In this document: positions 28,835 through 39,167 of the stretch, one piece after another | Position numbering within the stretch: position 1 is the stretch's first letter | Layout of the letters: every line of letters starts with the position of its first letter | Assembly (NCBI GenBank): GCA_038128265.1 | Contig: JAYPJE010000003.1 | Coordinates: forward strand, 56,704-120,703 | Length of the DNA: 64,000 nt | From: Gemmatimonadota bacterium | GTDB taxonomy: Bacteria; Latescibacterota; UBA2968; UBA8231 | Direction of reading: 5' to 3' | Translations under genes and position numbers: made by a program | The notes under the pieces: generated by a model | What the model saw: only the letters and a program-made list of their open reading frames with translations | The model's database searches: none | What the model was told of the DNA's origin: nothing

Positions 28835-31051
28835 ATGGATCTCTTTGACGCCGGCCTAGTCGCACGACAAGAGCGCGATCAGCCGCTGGCTGCGCGCCTG
28901 CGCCCGCGCACGCTCGACGAGTATGTCGGCCAAGAACACATACTCGGACCGGGACGCCTTCTGCGCCGCGCCATTCAGGCCGATCAGCTCTCCTCGCTGA
29001 TTTTCTACGGCCCACCTGGAACCGGCAAGACCACGCTGGCCTCCGTTATTGCGCACACCACGCGCTCGCATTTTATCTCCATCAATGCAGTGCTAGCCGG
29101 AGTCGGCGAAATACGAAAGGCCATAGAGGAGGCACAGGAACGACGCAAGCTGCACGACCAGCGCACCATCCTCTTTATCGACGAGGTCCACCGCTTCAAC
29201 AAGGCGCAGCAGGATGCCTTGCTACCGTGGGTAGAAAACGGCATCGTCATCCTCGTTGGCGCCACCACGGAAAATCCTTACTTCTCCGTAAACCGCCCCC
29301 TGCTTTCGCGCAGTCGCGTTTTCCAACTCAAAGGGCTCGATGCCAACGACCTTCGGCGCATAGTCGAACACGCACTTTCGGCACCCAACGGCTATGGGCA
29401 TGTCAAAGTCGCCCTCGAAGAGAAGGCGCTCAACCACCTAGTCGACGTGGCCAACGGCGATGCCCGCGCCCTGCTTAACGCACTCGAACTGGCCGTCGAG
29501 ACAACCGCCCCGGATACCCAGGGTCACATCGTCGTCAGCCTAGAAGTAGCCGAGGAGTCGATTCAGCAGCGCGCGCTGCTGTACGATAAGGAGGGCGACT
29601 ACCACTTCGATACGATCAGTGCGTTTATAAAATCTATGCGCGGCTCGGATCCCGATGCCACGCTATACTGGCTGGCGCGCATGGTCTATGCCGGCGAAGA
29701 CCCGCTCTTTATCCTGCGTCGCATGCTCATCTTTGCCAGCGAAGACGTCGGCTTGGCCGACCCCCACGCCCTACAGGTCGTCACCAGCGCCAGCATTGCA
29801 TTTGACCGCGTCGGCCTGCCCGAGGGCCGTTTCGCCCTATCGCACGCCGCGCTCTATCTGGCAACGGCGCCCAAGAGCAATTCGACTATGGCCTTTTTCG
29901 ATGCGCTCACCGCGGTGGAAAAAGAGGTCGAAGAAGACGTACCCAACCACCTGAAGGACGCCAGCCGAGACAGCGAAGGGTTTGGCCACGGCGCCAATTA
30001 CCTATACCCACACGCCTTTCGAGAACACTGGGTCGCCCAGCAGTACCTGCCGGGCAGCCTGCAGGGTCGCGTATTTTACCAGCCAGCTGACAGCGGGCGC
30101 GAAAAGGCGCTGGCCGACCAAGTGCGGCGACAACGCGAACTGCAGCTGGCAGCCATGCTGGAAAGTCAGTCGACGCCCGAGATTCTTAGCTTTTCACCGC
30201 CCGACAAGGCGCGCGACCAGTGGCTACAGCGCGCAGCGGGCCAGCACGGGGCGCAGTTGGAAACGCTGCGTAAGCGCCTTATAGAAGCCCTGCACATCGA
30301 GCGCCACCACCTCGTTCTCGACCTCAACTCCGGCACGGGTTTGCTGGCCTGGGAAGCGCTGCGCCACGCCCCGGAAGGCGGCGTCTGGATGCACACCCCC
30401 GACAAGGCCACGGCGGTTGCACTGCACGAAATAGCCGCTCGCCTGCCCGAATTGGAACGTCCGCACATGCTGCATGGCTCCTTGACACAGCTCGACGAAC
30501 TGCTCGACGCAGAAGAGGAGAGCATGCGCTTTGACGGCATCTGCGGACGCAATGCCCTCGGCAGCCTCGACGCTAAAGAACGCATTGTGGCGCGCATTGT
30601 GCGACGCCTACTGCCAGGCGGACATCTAGCGCTGGCCGAAGTGCTATCGCGCCGCGCCCAGCGGCTCCACCGCTTGGTCAACCTCGACGCGCTCGACGCC
30701 TCTCTGGCCCGACGCTTTGTCGAAGCCGAAGAGGCCATTTACGAAGACGAGGGCAATCCACACGTGGCGTGGGACGCCGACGGCATCCGCGCCCACTTTG
30801 CCGCGACCGGACTGGCATCGTTGGAGGTGCACTGCGAAGAGGTCTGCGGTCAGCGCCACATTAGCCCTCAACAGCTGGCCCACTGGTTTGATCCCGGCGG
30901 CGAAAAACGACACACTTATACGCACTACCTGAGCAAACACCTCGATGGGGACGAAATACGGACCGTTCGCCACCTGTTTGAAAAGGAGCTGGCACATAAA
31001 ACGCTCCCCTGGTCCACCACGCACGTCTACATAACGGGCCGCGCCCCCTAA
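28835..31051 (+). CDS. rarA: Replication-associated recombination protein A (RarA/MgsA AAA+ ATPase) fused to a C-terminal class-I methyltransferase-like domain
   Basis: 738 aa. Walker A GPPGTGKTT, LFIDEVHRFNKAQQDALLP, and the MgsA C-terminal region through about aa 440. An extra region of about 300 aa follows, with LVLDLNSGTGLLAWEA (nt 30311-30358) and LLPGGHLAL. Confidence 0.85.
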   Translation: MDLFDAGLVARQERDQPLAARLRPRTLDEYVGQEHILGPGRLLRRAIQADQLSSLIFYGPPGTGKTTLASVIAHTTRSHFISINAVLAGVGEIRKAIEEAQERRKLHDQRTILFIDEVHRFNKAQQDALLPWVENGIVILVGATTENPYFSVNRPLLSRSRVFQLKGLDANDLRRIVEHALSAPNGYGHVKVALEEKALNHLVDVANGDARALLNALELAVETTAPDTQGHIVVSLEVAEESIQQRALLYDKEGDYHFDTISAFIKSMRGSDPDATLYWLARMVYAGEDPLFILRRMLIFASEDVGLADPHALQVVTSASIAFDRVGLPEGRFALSHAALYLATAPKSNSTMAFFDALTAVEKEVEEDVPNHLKDASRDSEGFGHGANYLYPHAFREHWVAQQYLPGSLQGRVFYQPADSGREKALADQVRRQRELQLAAMLESQSTPEILSFSPPDKARDQWLQRAAGQHGAQLETLRKRLIEALHIERHHLVLDLNSGTGLLAWEALRHAPEGGVWMHTPDKATAVALHEIAARLPELERPHMLHGSLTQLDELLDAEEESMRFDGICGRNALGSLDAKERIVARIVRRLLPGGHLALAEVLSRRAQRLHRLVNLDALDASLARRFVEAEEAIYEDEGNPHVAWDADGIRAHFAATGLASLEVHCEEVCGQRHISPQQLAHWFDPGGEKRHTYTHYLSKHLDGDEIRTVRHLFEKELAHKTLPWSTTHVYITGRAP

Positions 31052-31154
31052 CCCCAAGCGCAATATAGTGGTTGATTTGAACTGTGCGACCGCTTAAATT
31101 ACGGGCCGATTCCGCAATGCAGCGCACTGTGCATCTAACTCCAACCTGTAGAAA

Positions 31155-32396
31155 GTGGTTATGCGCGCCTCAATTGCCGTTTTTTTCCTTTCAGTGACCC
31201 TGTCCCTATCCGCCTGTAGCACGACGGAACAGCAAATTACCGACTACGTCGAACAAATGGCGGCCAACCCAGTCGAGTCGCCAGCCTGGCGCGAAGCAGT
31301 CGATGGGCTGATTGCCATAGGACGTCCCGCCGCCCGTCAGCTCACCGCTCAGCTCAACCCCGATCACTACGTGGGAGAGCACTACCGCGAATTTCGCGCG
31401 GAGCAGGAAAAGCTGCGCACCGGCAGTGCCCGCGTGCTGGGCAGGATAAAGCCGCGCGGTGCCACGGGCCCCCTCAAAGATCGCATCACGGCCGCCTATA
31501 CCGACGCCGAACGCATCGCCTGCATCTGGGCCGTGGGCGAAATTGGCTTTGTCCAGGCCGGCGTCGACGCACTCAAAGCCCAGCTGTCGGATAGCAATCC
31601 ACTCATCCGCCTGCACGCGGCCATTGCCTTGCTCAAAATGGACGATGAGTCCGGCTACGAAGAAATCGCCGCGGCGATAGGAGGCACGGATGACGCGCAG
31701 GCGCGTATCGCGCTCGACGGCCTAGCGGAAGCCAAGCACTTCGGCGTGCCCCTGATGACCCGCACAGCGCATGCCGAGGGGCCCCGCCAGAGCGCTCTAC
31801 GCCAGACCATTGACCAAGTATCCGCCGAACTAATCGAGCAGCTTGATCACGAGGATCCGGAAATGCGGCGGCGCGCTGCCATCGCGCTGGGTCAGGTTGG
31901 CGACGCACAGCACGTCGACGCGCTCGTCGAACGGCTCTCGGATCCCAGCAACCAGGTCCGCTTTAGCACGGCGGCAGCGCTGGCCGGCATGGATCAGGCC
32001 GCAGGCATCGACTTTCTCTTTAGCGCCATGCGCGATGCCGATCCGATTCTCCGCACCAATGCGGTCAAGTTCCTAGCCGACGTGCAAAAGGACACCGGCA
32101 CCGTTGAGGCTCAGCTGATCGAAGCCCTCTCCAACTCGGAGCCCCTCACGCGTGCGGGCGCGGCGCAGGTCCTCGGCCAGGCGCGCGTTGCAGCCGCCGT
32201 CAGCGCCCTTTCGCAGGCAACGGCCGACGCAGAAGCACAGGTGCGCGCCAACGCCGTCATCGCCCTGGGCCATATTGGGCGCACCGAAAGTCGCTCTCCC
32301 ATAGAGGCGCTGCTGAGTGACCCCGATGAAACCGTGGCATACTACGCAGAATGGGCGCTCCGACAACTCGATGTGCAACAGGGAGGAGAGGGCTGA
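31155..32396 (+). CDS. HEAT-repeat (PBS-lyase-type) lipoprotein
   Basis: Lipobox LSLSAC. Repeated ...VR..AA.ALG.IG... units occur throughout, for example RRRAAIALGQVGD, VRFSTAAALAGM and VRANAVIALGHIG. Confidence 0.7.
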   Translation: MVMRASIAVFFLSVTLSLSACSTTEQQITDYVEQMAANPVESPAWREAVDGLIAIGRPAARQLTAQLNPDHYVGEHYREFRAEQEKLRTGSARVLGRIKPRGATGPLKDRITAAYTDAERIACIWAVGEIGFVQAGVDALKAQLSDSNPLIRLHAAIALLKMDDESGYEEIAAAIGGTDDAQARIALDGLAEAKHFGVPLMTRTAHAEGPRQSALRQTIDQVSAELIEQLDHEDPEMRRRAAIALGQVGDAQHVDALVERLSDPSNQVRFSTAAALAGMDQAAGIDFLFSAMRDADPILRTNAVKFLADVQKDTGTVEAQLIEALSNSEPLTRAGAAQVLGQARVAAAVSALSQATADAEAQVRANAVIALGHIGRTESRSPIEALLSDPDETVAYYAEWALRQLDVQQGGEG

Positions 32397-32397
32397 T

Positions 32398-33312
32398 ATG
32401 GGATTCGCTGTCAAGGTAGCGCACGCAGTCATCGCCTTTGCACTGCTTATCAGCCTGCGCGCAGAAGCGGCTGAAACGCCAGAGACCATTCTCATACGAC
32501 AGACGCTGAGCGCCGATCTATCGGGCCATCGCCGCGGTGACTTAGACCTCGTTCTGTCGGCGTACGACGAATACTTGGCGGCCTACGATGGCAACGGCAG
32601 TAGCGATCCACGCGGCTGGAGCATTCGCCATGAGGGCCGCGAGGCGCTGAGGGCCAGCATAGAGCAAGACCTGCAGGCCAACCGCTACGAAACGGTGCGC
32701 ACCGTGCCGACCATTCAGGTTCGCGGCAACGTCGCAACGGCCACTACGATCGACTCGGGTCGCGTAGTAGACCGCCAGACGGGCGCAGCCCGCACGGTGT
32801 ACGAGAAGCGCCTGTGGACGCTCTTTAAGCGCGAAGACAACTGGCGCGTCACCGCTTTTGTCACGGCGCTAGGCGATTCTACAGCACGTGCACTGCTATC
32901 TGAGAACGGCGAAGTAAGCGCCGTGCTCGCCCGCGAAGAAGAGGCACGCGAGGCTGGCGACAGCGGCGACCTGCTGTCCATCTTTGCCGAAAATTTTAGC
33001 GGCTACGACGGCAAGGAATCGCTCAACCCAGCCGCGTGGAAAATCATCTTTAGCGGCACGGAAGAGTTTGAGAAGCACCTCGTGCGCCGCCTACCGCACG
33101 TGGCGTACCAGGTGGATCGCCAGCTCCTTTCGACCCAGGTTGGCCCCCAGCAGCGCGAGGCCATCGCCGTAACGCGTGACAAGGTCCAGGTAACCCACGA
33201 GCGCGGCGAGTCGGAGCACGCCTTGGAACGCTACGTACTGTGGACGCTGAGCAAGCGCGATGGCGGTTGGAAAATAACCAATATGCTCTACAACCTCGGC
33301 CCGTCCGAATGA
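32398..33312 (+). CDS. Secreted protein with two tandem NTF2-like (SnoaL/DUF4440-type) domains
   Basis: Start set to the ATG at 32398 (TGAtATG after the HEAT gene). Signal peptide AFALLISLRAEAA. Two repeats end in RLWTLFKREDNWRVTAFV and RYVLWTLSKRDGGWKITNML. Confidence 0.6.
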   Translation: MGFAVKVAHAVIAFALLISLRAEAAETPETILIRQTLSADLSGHRRGDLDLVLSAYDEYLAAYDGNGSSDPRGWSIRHEGREALRASIEQDLQANRYETVRTVPTIQVRGNVATATTIDSGRVVDRQTGAARTVYEKRLWTLFKREDNWRVTAFVTALGDSTARALLSENGEVSAVLAREEEAREAGDSGDLLSIFAENFSGYDGKESLNPAAWKIIFSGTEEFEKHLVRRLPHVAYQVDRQLLSTQVGPQQREAIAVTRDKVQVTHERGESEHALERYVLWTLSKRDGGWKITNMLYNLGPSE

Positions 33313-33318
33313 GGCGCT

Positions 33319-34560
33319 ATGAGCAGCAAGATAAACAACTACGAGAATACCAATCGCCTTTTTGACAAGGCAGCGGACCTCATCGACCTCGATGAGGAAA
33401 CGCGCCTCCTCTTAAAAACGCCCTTCCGAGAAATCCAAGTTGAAATCCCGCTGCGGCTCGACGATGGCAGCCTAAAGATCTTTCTCGGCTACCGCGTGCA
33501 GCACAATGCCGCGCGCGGCCCGATGAAGGGCGGCCTGCGCTATCATCCCGAGGTTGACTTTGACGAAGTGCGCTCGCTCGCCTCGCTAATGACCTGGAAA
33601 ACCGCCCTGGTCAACGTCCCTTTTGGCGGAGCGAAAGGGGGCATCAACTGCAATCCAAAAGAGCTGACTACGCGTGAGCTAGAACGCATTACGCGCAAGT
33701 TCACCTCCCGCCTTGGCTTTGCCTTTGGCATCCAGCAGGACATACCGGCACCCGACGTCAATACCAACGCGCAGACCATGGCCTGGATCATGGACCAGTA
33801 TAGCGCACAGTACGGCTATACGCCGGGTATTGTAACCGGTAAGCCGATTGAATTGGGCGGATCGCCCGGACGCGAAGCGGCCACGGGGCGGGGCGTCTCC
33901 ATAATCACGCAGGCGGCTGCAGCCGACGAGGGCATAGACATTAACGGCGCCCGCGTGGTCGTACAGGGCTTTGGCAACGTGGGCTCCTATACGGCCCTCT
34001 TGCTACACGAAGCGGGTGCGAAAATTATTGCCGTCGGGGACCACACGGGCGCGATATACAACGGCGACGGGTTTGACGTGCCGGCCCTTTTCGAACACGC
34101 GCGCAGCACACGCAGCATCGCCGGTTTTGCCGGAGAAGCCATAGATGGTGCAGCGCTCCTCGAGCAGGACTGCGACATACTCATCCCGGCAGCGTTGGGC
34201 GGCGTTATTACGCGCGACAACGCTGACAATATCCGCGCGCGCATGGTCGTCGAGGCAGCCAACTCGCCGATAACAACGATCGGCGACGAGATTCTCGACG
34301 AACGCAATATAACGGTCGTCCCCGATATTCTCGCCAACGCCGGCGGCGTTACGGTATCCTACTTCGAATGGGTGCAAAACGTCCAGGCCTTTGGCTGGGA
34401 CGAGACGCGCATCAACGAGCAGTTGGAGAAATACATGCTACGCGCCTACCAAGCGGTGCGCGATACGATGAAAGAGCGCGGGGCCCGCATGCGCACCGCC
34501 GCCTTTAGCATTGCCATTGCGCGCGTGGCCCATGCCGAGCGCATCCGCGGCGACCTGTAG
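33319..34560 (+). CDS. gdhA: Glutamate dehydrogenase (Glu/Leu/Phe/Val dehydrogenase family)
   Basis: 413 aa. Motifs GPMKGGLRYHP, PFGGAKGGI and GFGNVG. Confidence 0.93.
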   Translation: MSSKINNYENTNRLFDKAADLIDLDEETRLLLKTPFREIQVEIPLRLDDGSLKIFLGYRVQHNAARGPMKGGLRYHPEVDFDEVRSLASLMTWKTALVNVPFGGAKGGINCNPKELTTRELERITRKFTSRLGFAFGIQQDIPAPDVNTNAQTMAWIMDQYSAQYGYTPGIVTGKPIELGGSPGREAATGRGVSIITQAAAADEGIDINGARVVVQGFGNVGSYTALLLHEAGAKIIAVGDHTGAIYNGDGFDVPALFEHARSTRSIAGFAGEAIDGAALLEQDCDILIPAALGGVITRDNADNIRARMVVEAANSPITTIGDEILDERNITVVPDILANAGGVTVSYFEWVQNVQAFGWDETRINEQLEKYMLRAYQAVRDTMKERGARMRTAAFSIAIARVAHAERIRGDL

Positions 34561-34632
34561 GGCAAATAACGCGCCGTTTGGAGCGCTCCCACGCGCCACA
34601 TAAGCACCGCGTATCCATGCACGGGAGGGCAC

Positions 34633-36504
34633 ATGGAGAAACTGGTTTGGCTTATTCTATTCACGCTGGGCTACTGGGGTTACTGCATATTCTGGGGCAT
34701 AAAGGGCGCGCGCGCTAGCAAAACGGCAAGCGACTACTTTATCGCCGGGCGCAGCATCGGGCTATGGGTATTCGTGCTGGCTGCCACTGCAACGTCTTTT
34801 AGCGGCTGGACCTTCGTTGGCCACCCCGGCACGATATACAAGGTCGGCCTTCCCTACGCCTTCGCCTCGTTTTACGCCATCACTATTCCATTCACCGGCG
34901 TTCTATTCCTCAAGCGGCAGTGGCTCTTGGGCAAGCGCTTTGGCTATATAACCCCGGGCGAAATGTTTAGCGACTACTATCGCAGCGACGCCATGCGCCT
35001 GCTGACCGTTGTCGTGGCCATGGTATTCAGCGTTCCGTATCTCGGCGTCCAACTCAAAGCATCGGGCCTGCTGTTCAACCGCCTGCTGGCGGGCACGCCC
35101 ATGGAGCACACCGTATTCGCTTCTGTCGAAGGCGGCGCCATTATGCTGTCCATCGTGGTTTTTATCTACGTGGCCTCCGGCGGCCTGCGCTCCGTCGCCT
35201 ACGTCGACTGCGCCCAATGCATCCTGCTTGCGCTCGGCATCGTCGCGCTCGGCATGATCACCCTCGACCTGGTTGGCGGCTGGCAGGCATTTAAGGATGG
35301 GCTGGCTTCCCTAGCTCAGCAAAAACCCGATATGGTTGCCATACCAACCCGTCCCGAGTCGACGTCCTTTCTCGAGCGCGCCGGCACGCTCTTTTTCGAC
35401 AGCGCAGGCGGGCCGTGGACGGGGTTGATGATTCTCACCTATATGTTCGCACTCATGGGCATCCAGTCGGCACCGGCCTTTTCCATGTGGGCCTTTGCCA
35501 ACCGCGACCCCGGCCCCTTCCCTTGGCAGCAGGTATTTGCCTCGTCGCTAGTCATCGGCGGCATCATGTTTTTTTTCACCGCCGTTCAAGGCCTGGGTGG
35601 GCGCATTCTCGACATGGGCCTGTTGCCCGATACGACGCCGCTCAACCTGCCGTCTTCCGACTATTTGGTGCCCTATCTCATCGATACATTATCGGCCCAT
35701 TTCCCCTGGTTTCTCGGCCTCTTAGCCGTCTGTGCACTGGCGGCCATGCAGTCGACCGGCGCCGCCTATATGTCCACGGCCAGCGGGATTATTACCCGCG
35801 ACCTCTACCGCCATTTTTTTAATCGAGAAGCGTCGCAGAAGGCACAGGTGCTGGTGGGGCGCGTCACCGTAGGAGTCGTCGTCAGCCTAGCGCTGCTGGT
35901 TGGGCTCGCATCGGGCGACCTGCTCGTCCTACTGGGCGGACTGGCCGTTTCGTACGGCTTTCAAATGTGGCCTGCCCTGCTCGGCATCTGCTATATCCGC
36001 TTTTTCACCGGCAAGGGCGTAGCGTGGGGATTAGCGGCCGGACTGACGGCCGTCACCGTTACCTACATAACCGAATTGGGCGGCTTGATCGGCATTGGTC
36101 GCTACCCGCTGACGCTGCACAGCGCCGGCTGGGGTATTCTCTTCAACCTGATCGTCACGACGCTCGTCAGCGCGTTGACACAGGGCGAGGAAAACGGCGC
36201 GGCGCACCGCGGTCGCTATCACGATTTCCTTCGCGAGCACACCGGCCTACCTCCAGAAAAGAAAAAGTGGAAAGGCCCCATTTGGCTCCTAACTATCGTC
36301 TGGTTTCTCTTCGCCATCGGCCCCTTCGCCGTGCTCGGCAATGAAACCAATCCGTCCGACTGGCCGCTTGGCATTCCCACGATATGGATCTGGCAAATTG
36401 TCTGGTGGATTGTGGGCTGCCTTATGATGTACCTGCTGGCATTTAAGCTAGAAATGTCCACTGTGCCACGGCGTCCAGTAGAGCCCATCGCACAAGACGA
36501 CTAG
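34633..36504 (+). CDS. Sodium:solute symporter family transporter
   Basis: 623 aa and polytopic. N-terminal ...SDYFIAGRSIG... is typical of the SSF family. Confidence 0.8.
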   Translation: MEKLVWLILFTLGYWGYCIFWGIKGARASKTASDYFIAGRSIGLWVFVLAATATSFSGWTFVGHPGTIYKVGLPYAFASFYAITIPFTGVLFLKRQWLLGKRFGYITPGEMFSDYYRSDAMRLLTVVVAMVFSVPYLGVQLKASGLLFNRLLAGTPMEHTVFASVEGGAIMLSIVVFIYVASGGLRSVAYVDCAQCILLALGIVALGMITLDLVGGWQAFKDGLASLAQQKPDMVAIPTRPESTSFLERAGTLFFDSAGGPWTGLMILTYMFALMGIQSAPAFSMWAFANRDPGPFPWQQVFASSLVIGGIMFFFTAVQGLGGRILDMGLLPDTTPLNLPSSDYLVPYLIDTLSAHFPWFLGLLAVCALAAMQSTGAAYMSTASGIITRDLYRHFFNREASQKAQVLVGRVTVGVVVSLALLVGLASGDLLVLLGGLAVSYGFQMWPALLGICYIRFFTGKGVAWGLAAGLTAVTVTYITELGGLIGIGRYPLTLHSAGWGILFNLIVTTLVSALTQGEENGAAHRGRYHDFLREHTGLPPEKKKWKGPIWLLTIVWFLFAIGPFAVLGNETNPSDWPLGIPTIWIWQIVWWIVGCLMMYLLAFKLEMSTVPRRPVEPIAQDD

Positions 36505-36519
36505 CGGCGGGTCTGTACG

Positions 36520-38214
36520 GTGGCTCCGTTGGGTCTTCGCCTGATCCTGCCCCCGGCGCTCACCGCGCTGGTCTGCGCCCTACTGCCCGAGCGCGGGGGA
36601 ACCGACGGGTGGAGCCTATTTCCGCCGCTGCTGGCTATTCTCGTCGCCGTGGCATCGGGCCGCCTTGTATGGGGTCTGTGCCTGGCGCTGTTGTGCGGCG
36701 CTCTTATCGCCCAGCCTGTCGATGTGCCGTTCTATGCGCTGCCCGTACACGCGCTATACACGGCGATCGTCGACTTTGTGTGGACTCCCCTACGCGACTC
36801 TTTCCAACTCTATATCCTGGGATTTACCGCATCGCTCATCGGCATGGTGCGCGTCGTTTCGCTAGCCGGCGGCACGCGTGGCATCGCCGAACTACTCGTG
36901 CGTCGAGCGGCGGGAGCGCGCTCGACGCGCCTGGCCACAGCGCTGCTTGGAATGGCCATTTTTTTTGATGACTACGCCAACACCATTGTCGTTGGCACGA
37001 CAATGCGCCCCATTACCGATCGGTTTCGTATCAGCCGCGAGAAGCTGGCGTACTTAGTCGATTCGACGGCTGCACCCGTCGCCGGCGTCGCCATTATCAG
37101 CACCTGGATCGGTTTTGAGGTAGGCCTCTTTGAAGACGCAATGAATAGCCTGGGAACGAATATATCTGGCTACGAGCTTTTTTTTCGCGCCCTGCCCGCG
37201 CGTTTCTACTGCTTGCTGACGCTGTTTTTTGTTCTCGTATCGACTCTTATGCAGCGCGATTTCGGCCCCATGCTGCGGGCTGAGCGCCGCGCCCAACGAC
37301 ACAATCAACCGCTGGCGCCGGGCGACCAGCCCATGACCGGCGAAGAGAGCACCGTCCCCGAACACCCCGATCTCGAGGCCCATTGGTCTGTCGCCGCCCT
37401 GCCCGTAGGCTTGGTCGTCTTTGCCGTGCTCGCCGGCATGCATTGGGATGCGCGCGAGGCCGAAGCCGTCATCGCTGCACGCAATGAGCATTCCTTTTTC
37501 AGCAGGAGTTATTGGACCGCCGTTTTTTCCAACGCCGACGGCGCCAAAGTCATGTTCTTGTCTTCTCTGGCCGGGTCGATGCTGGCCTTTGCCCTGGCGC
37601 GCACGCGACGCAGCACCGTCGACGGTAATCGACCGCTGTCGATGGCTGCCATTCTCCGCACTTGGGCGTCGGGCATAACGGGCTTTTACTATGCCTTGCT
37701 CATTCTCGTGCTGGCCTGGGCGATCAAAGAAATGTGCCAAGCCGTGCACACCTCAGATTACCTAGTCGGAGCGCTAGAAAACGTTCTCGACCCGCACTTT
37801 CTTCCAATCATCGTCTTTGCGCTAGCGGCAGCCGTCGCCTTTTCCATTGGCACTTCCTGGACCACGATGGCCATCCTGCTTCCGACCATGATTCCCGTCG
37901 CTTACCAACTCGGCGATCTGGCGCTGGCCGTGCTCGTTGCAGCCGCCGTGCTCGATGGAGCCATCTTCGGCGACCACTGCTCGCCGCTGAGCGACACGAC
38001 CGTTCTCTCGAGCATCGCCGCTTCCTGCGACCACATCGCCCACGTGCGCACGCAGGCGCCGTATGCCCTTACAACGATGGCGATCGCCGCGACCTTTGGC
38101 TATCTGGGCAGCACGCTATTCTATTCAACTGTTGTGGGATTACTGCTGAGCATGGTTACCGTCGTTATCGCACTGCTCGTCGTCGGTCGCAGTCCGGACA
38201 GCGAGTCATCGTAG
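36520..38214 (+). CDS. NhaC-family Na+/H+ antiporter-like membrane protein
   Basis: 564 aa, GTG start, polytopic. The segment FFDDYANTIVVGTTMRPITD resembles the NhaC family. Confidence 0.7.
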   Translation: MAPLGLRLILPPALTALVCALLPERGGTDGWSLFPPLLAILVAVASGRLVWGLCLALLCGALIAQPVDVPFYALPVHALYTAIVDFVWTPLRDSFQLYILGFTASLIGMVRVVSLAGGTRGIAELLVRRAAGARSTRLATALLGMAIFFDDYANTIVVGTTMRPITDRFRISREKLAYLVDSTAAPVAGVAIISTWIGFEVGLFEDAMNSLGTNISGYELFFRALPARFYCLLTLFFVLVSTLMQRDFGPMLRAERRAQRHNQPLAPGDQPMTGEESTVPEHPDLEAHWSVAALPVGLVVFAVLAGMHWDAREAEAVIAARNEHSFFSRSYWTAVFSNADGAKVMFLSSLAGSMLAFALARTRRSTVDGNRPLSMAAILRTWASGITGFYYALLILVLAWAIKEMCQAVHTSDYLVGALENVLDPHFLPIIVFALAAAVAFSIGTSWTTMAILLPTMIPVAYQLGDLALAVLVAAAVLDGAIFGDHCSPLSDTTVLSSIAASCDHIAHVRTQAPYALTTMAIAATFGYLGSTLFYSTVVGLLLSMVTVVIALLVVGRSPDSESS

Positions 38215-38227
38215 AACAACCCCCACC

Positions 38228-38719
38228 CTACCAGCTAGACGTGCTGCGATCAATCAACTCCTCGACGACCATATCCAGCGCCTTTTCGATCGCCGGATCG
38301 CGCCCCTCCGCATCGGAGAGCGCCGCGTCGTAGGTGCCCCACCCTTCCATGGGCTCGAAGTCGATCAGCACCTCTTCGTCAAGCGTGCGCACTAGCTGAC
38401 CGCTCACGCGCAGGAGAAAGCGATACTGCTCGGTCTGCTCTGCGGACGTATAGGTAAACGGCTTGTCTTCCACGCGCAGCACGACCATCTGCAGCAGGGC
38501 GTCGGCACTCTCCTCATCGACGACGCGCAGGCGCCCGTCGCGCGTATAGGCATTGACGGCGCGCTCGCTGAGCGCTTCGGCTATATCGAACTCGGCCGTC
38601 TGACTCTCTGCAATCGGTACGCCGATGCTGCGAATTCCACCGACTAAACCGCCCGACGTAGAGTAGTGAGCACAGCCAATTGACAGCGCCACCAGCGCCG
38701 CCAACAGTCTATTCGCCAT
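38228..38719 (-). CDS. LptE-like lipoprotein (LPS-assembly lipoprotein family, tentative)
   Basis: Start set to the ATG at 38719 (MANRLLAALVALSIGC lipobox). Size and the pattern ...IGVPIAESQT...LRVVDEESADALLQMVVL... resemble LptE. Confidence 0.5.
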   Translation of the reverse strand: MANRLLAALVALSIGCAHYSTSGGLVGGIRSIGVPIAESQTAEFDIAEALSERAVNAYTRDGRLRVVDEESADALLQMVVLRVEDKPFTYTSAEQTEQYRFLLRVSGQLVRTLDEEVLIDFEPMEGWGTYDAALSDAEGRDPAIEKALDMVVEELIDRSTSSW

Positions 38720-39155
38720 CTCCGCTGGTCGCTTCCTCCGCTTCGGCCTCATCGACCAGCGACCGGGCGCGGTCGCCGACGGCTATGGGCTGCGCCTGCG
38801 GGCTGCCCACGCGCTCGCCCGAACGCACGTCGAGGCGCTGCCAACTGCTATGGCGCCCCACCGACTGCTCGGCCATCAGCGCACTCAGCGGCCGCGTATC
38901 GCCTACGACCACCGCAGCTTCGGCCGGTGCCCGCACGGTGCACATATTCTCCTGCACGTGCGTGACGACGACGCGCGCTTTGACCACCTCCCAGTGCCCC
39001 AGGCTCTCACCGCTGTCGGGGTCGCGTATTTCGGCATGCTCGGCAAATACAACAAAGTCCATGCCCTCGCGCACGCCGCGCGTCAGCCCCGCATTGATTA
39101 CCAGGGTCGTATCGTCGATAATCGCCGCAACTTTTGCCTCAATTACAGTCTGCAT
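38709..39155 (-). CDS. Hypothetical protein (148 aa) with acidic C-terminal tail
   Basis: ATG with GGAG 9 nt upstream. Overlaps the LptE-like start by 11 nt. No family recognised. Confidence 0.45.
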   Translation of the reverse strand: MQTVIEAKVAAIIDDTTLVINAGLTRGVREGMDFVVFAEHAEIRDPDSGESLGHWEVVKARVVVTHVQENMCTVRAPAEAAVVVGDTRPLSALMAEQSVGRHSSWQRLDVRSGERVGSPQAQPIAVGDRARSLVDEAEAEEATSGDGE

Positions 39156-39167
39156 ATTCCACGCTCC

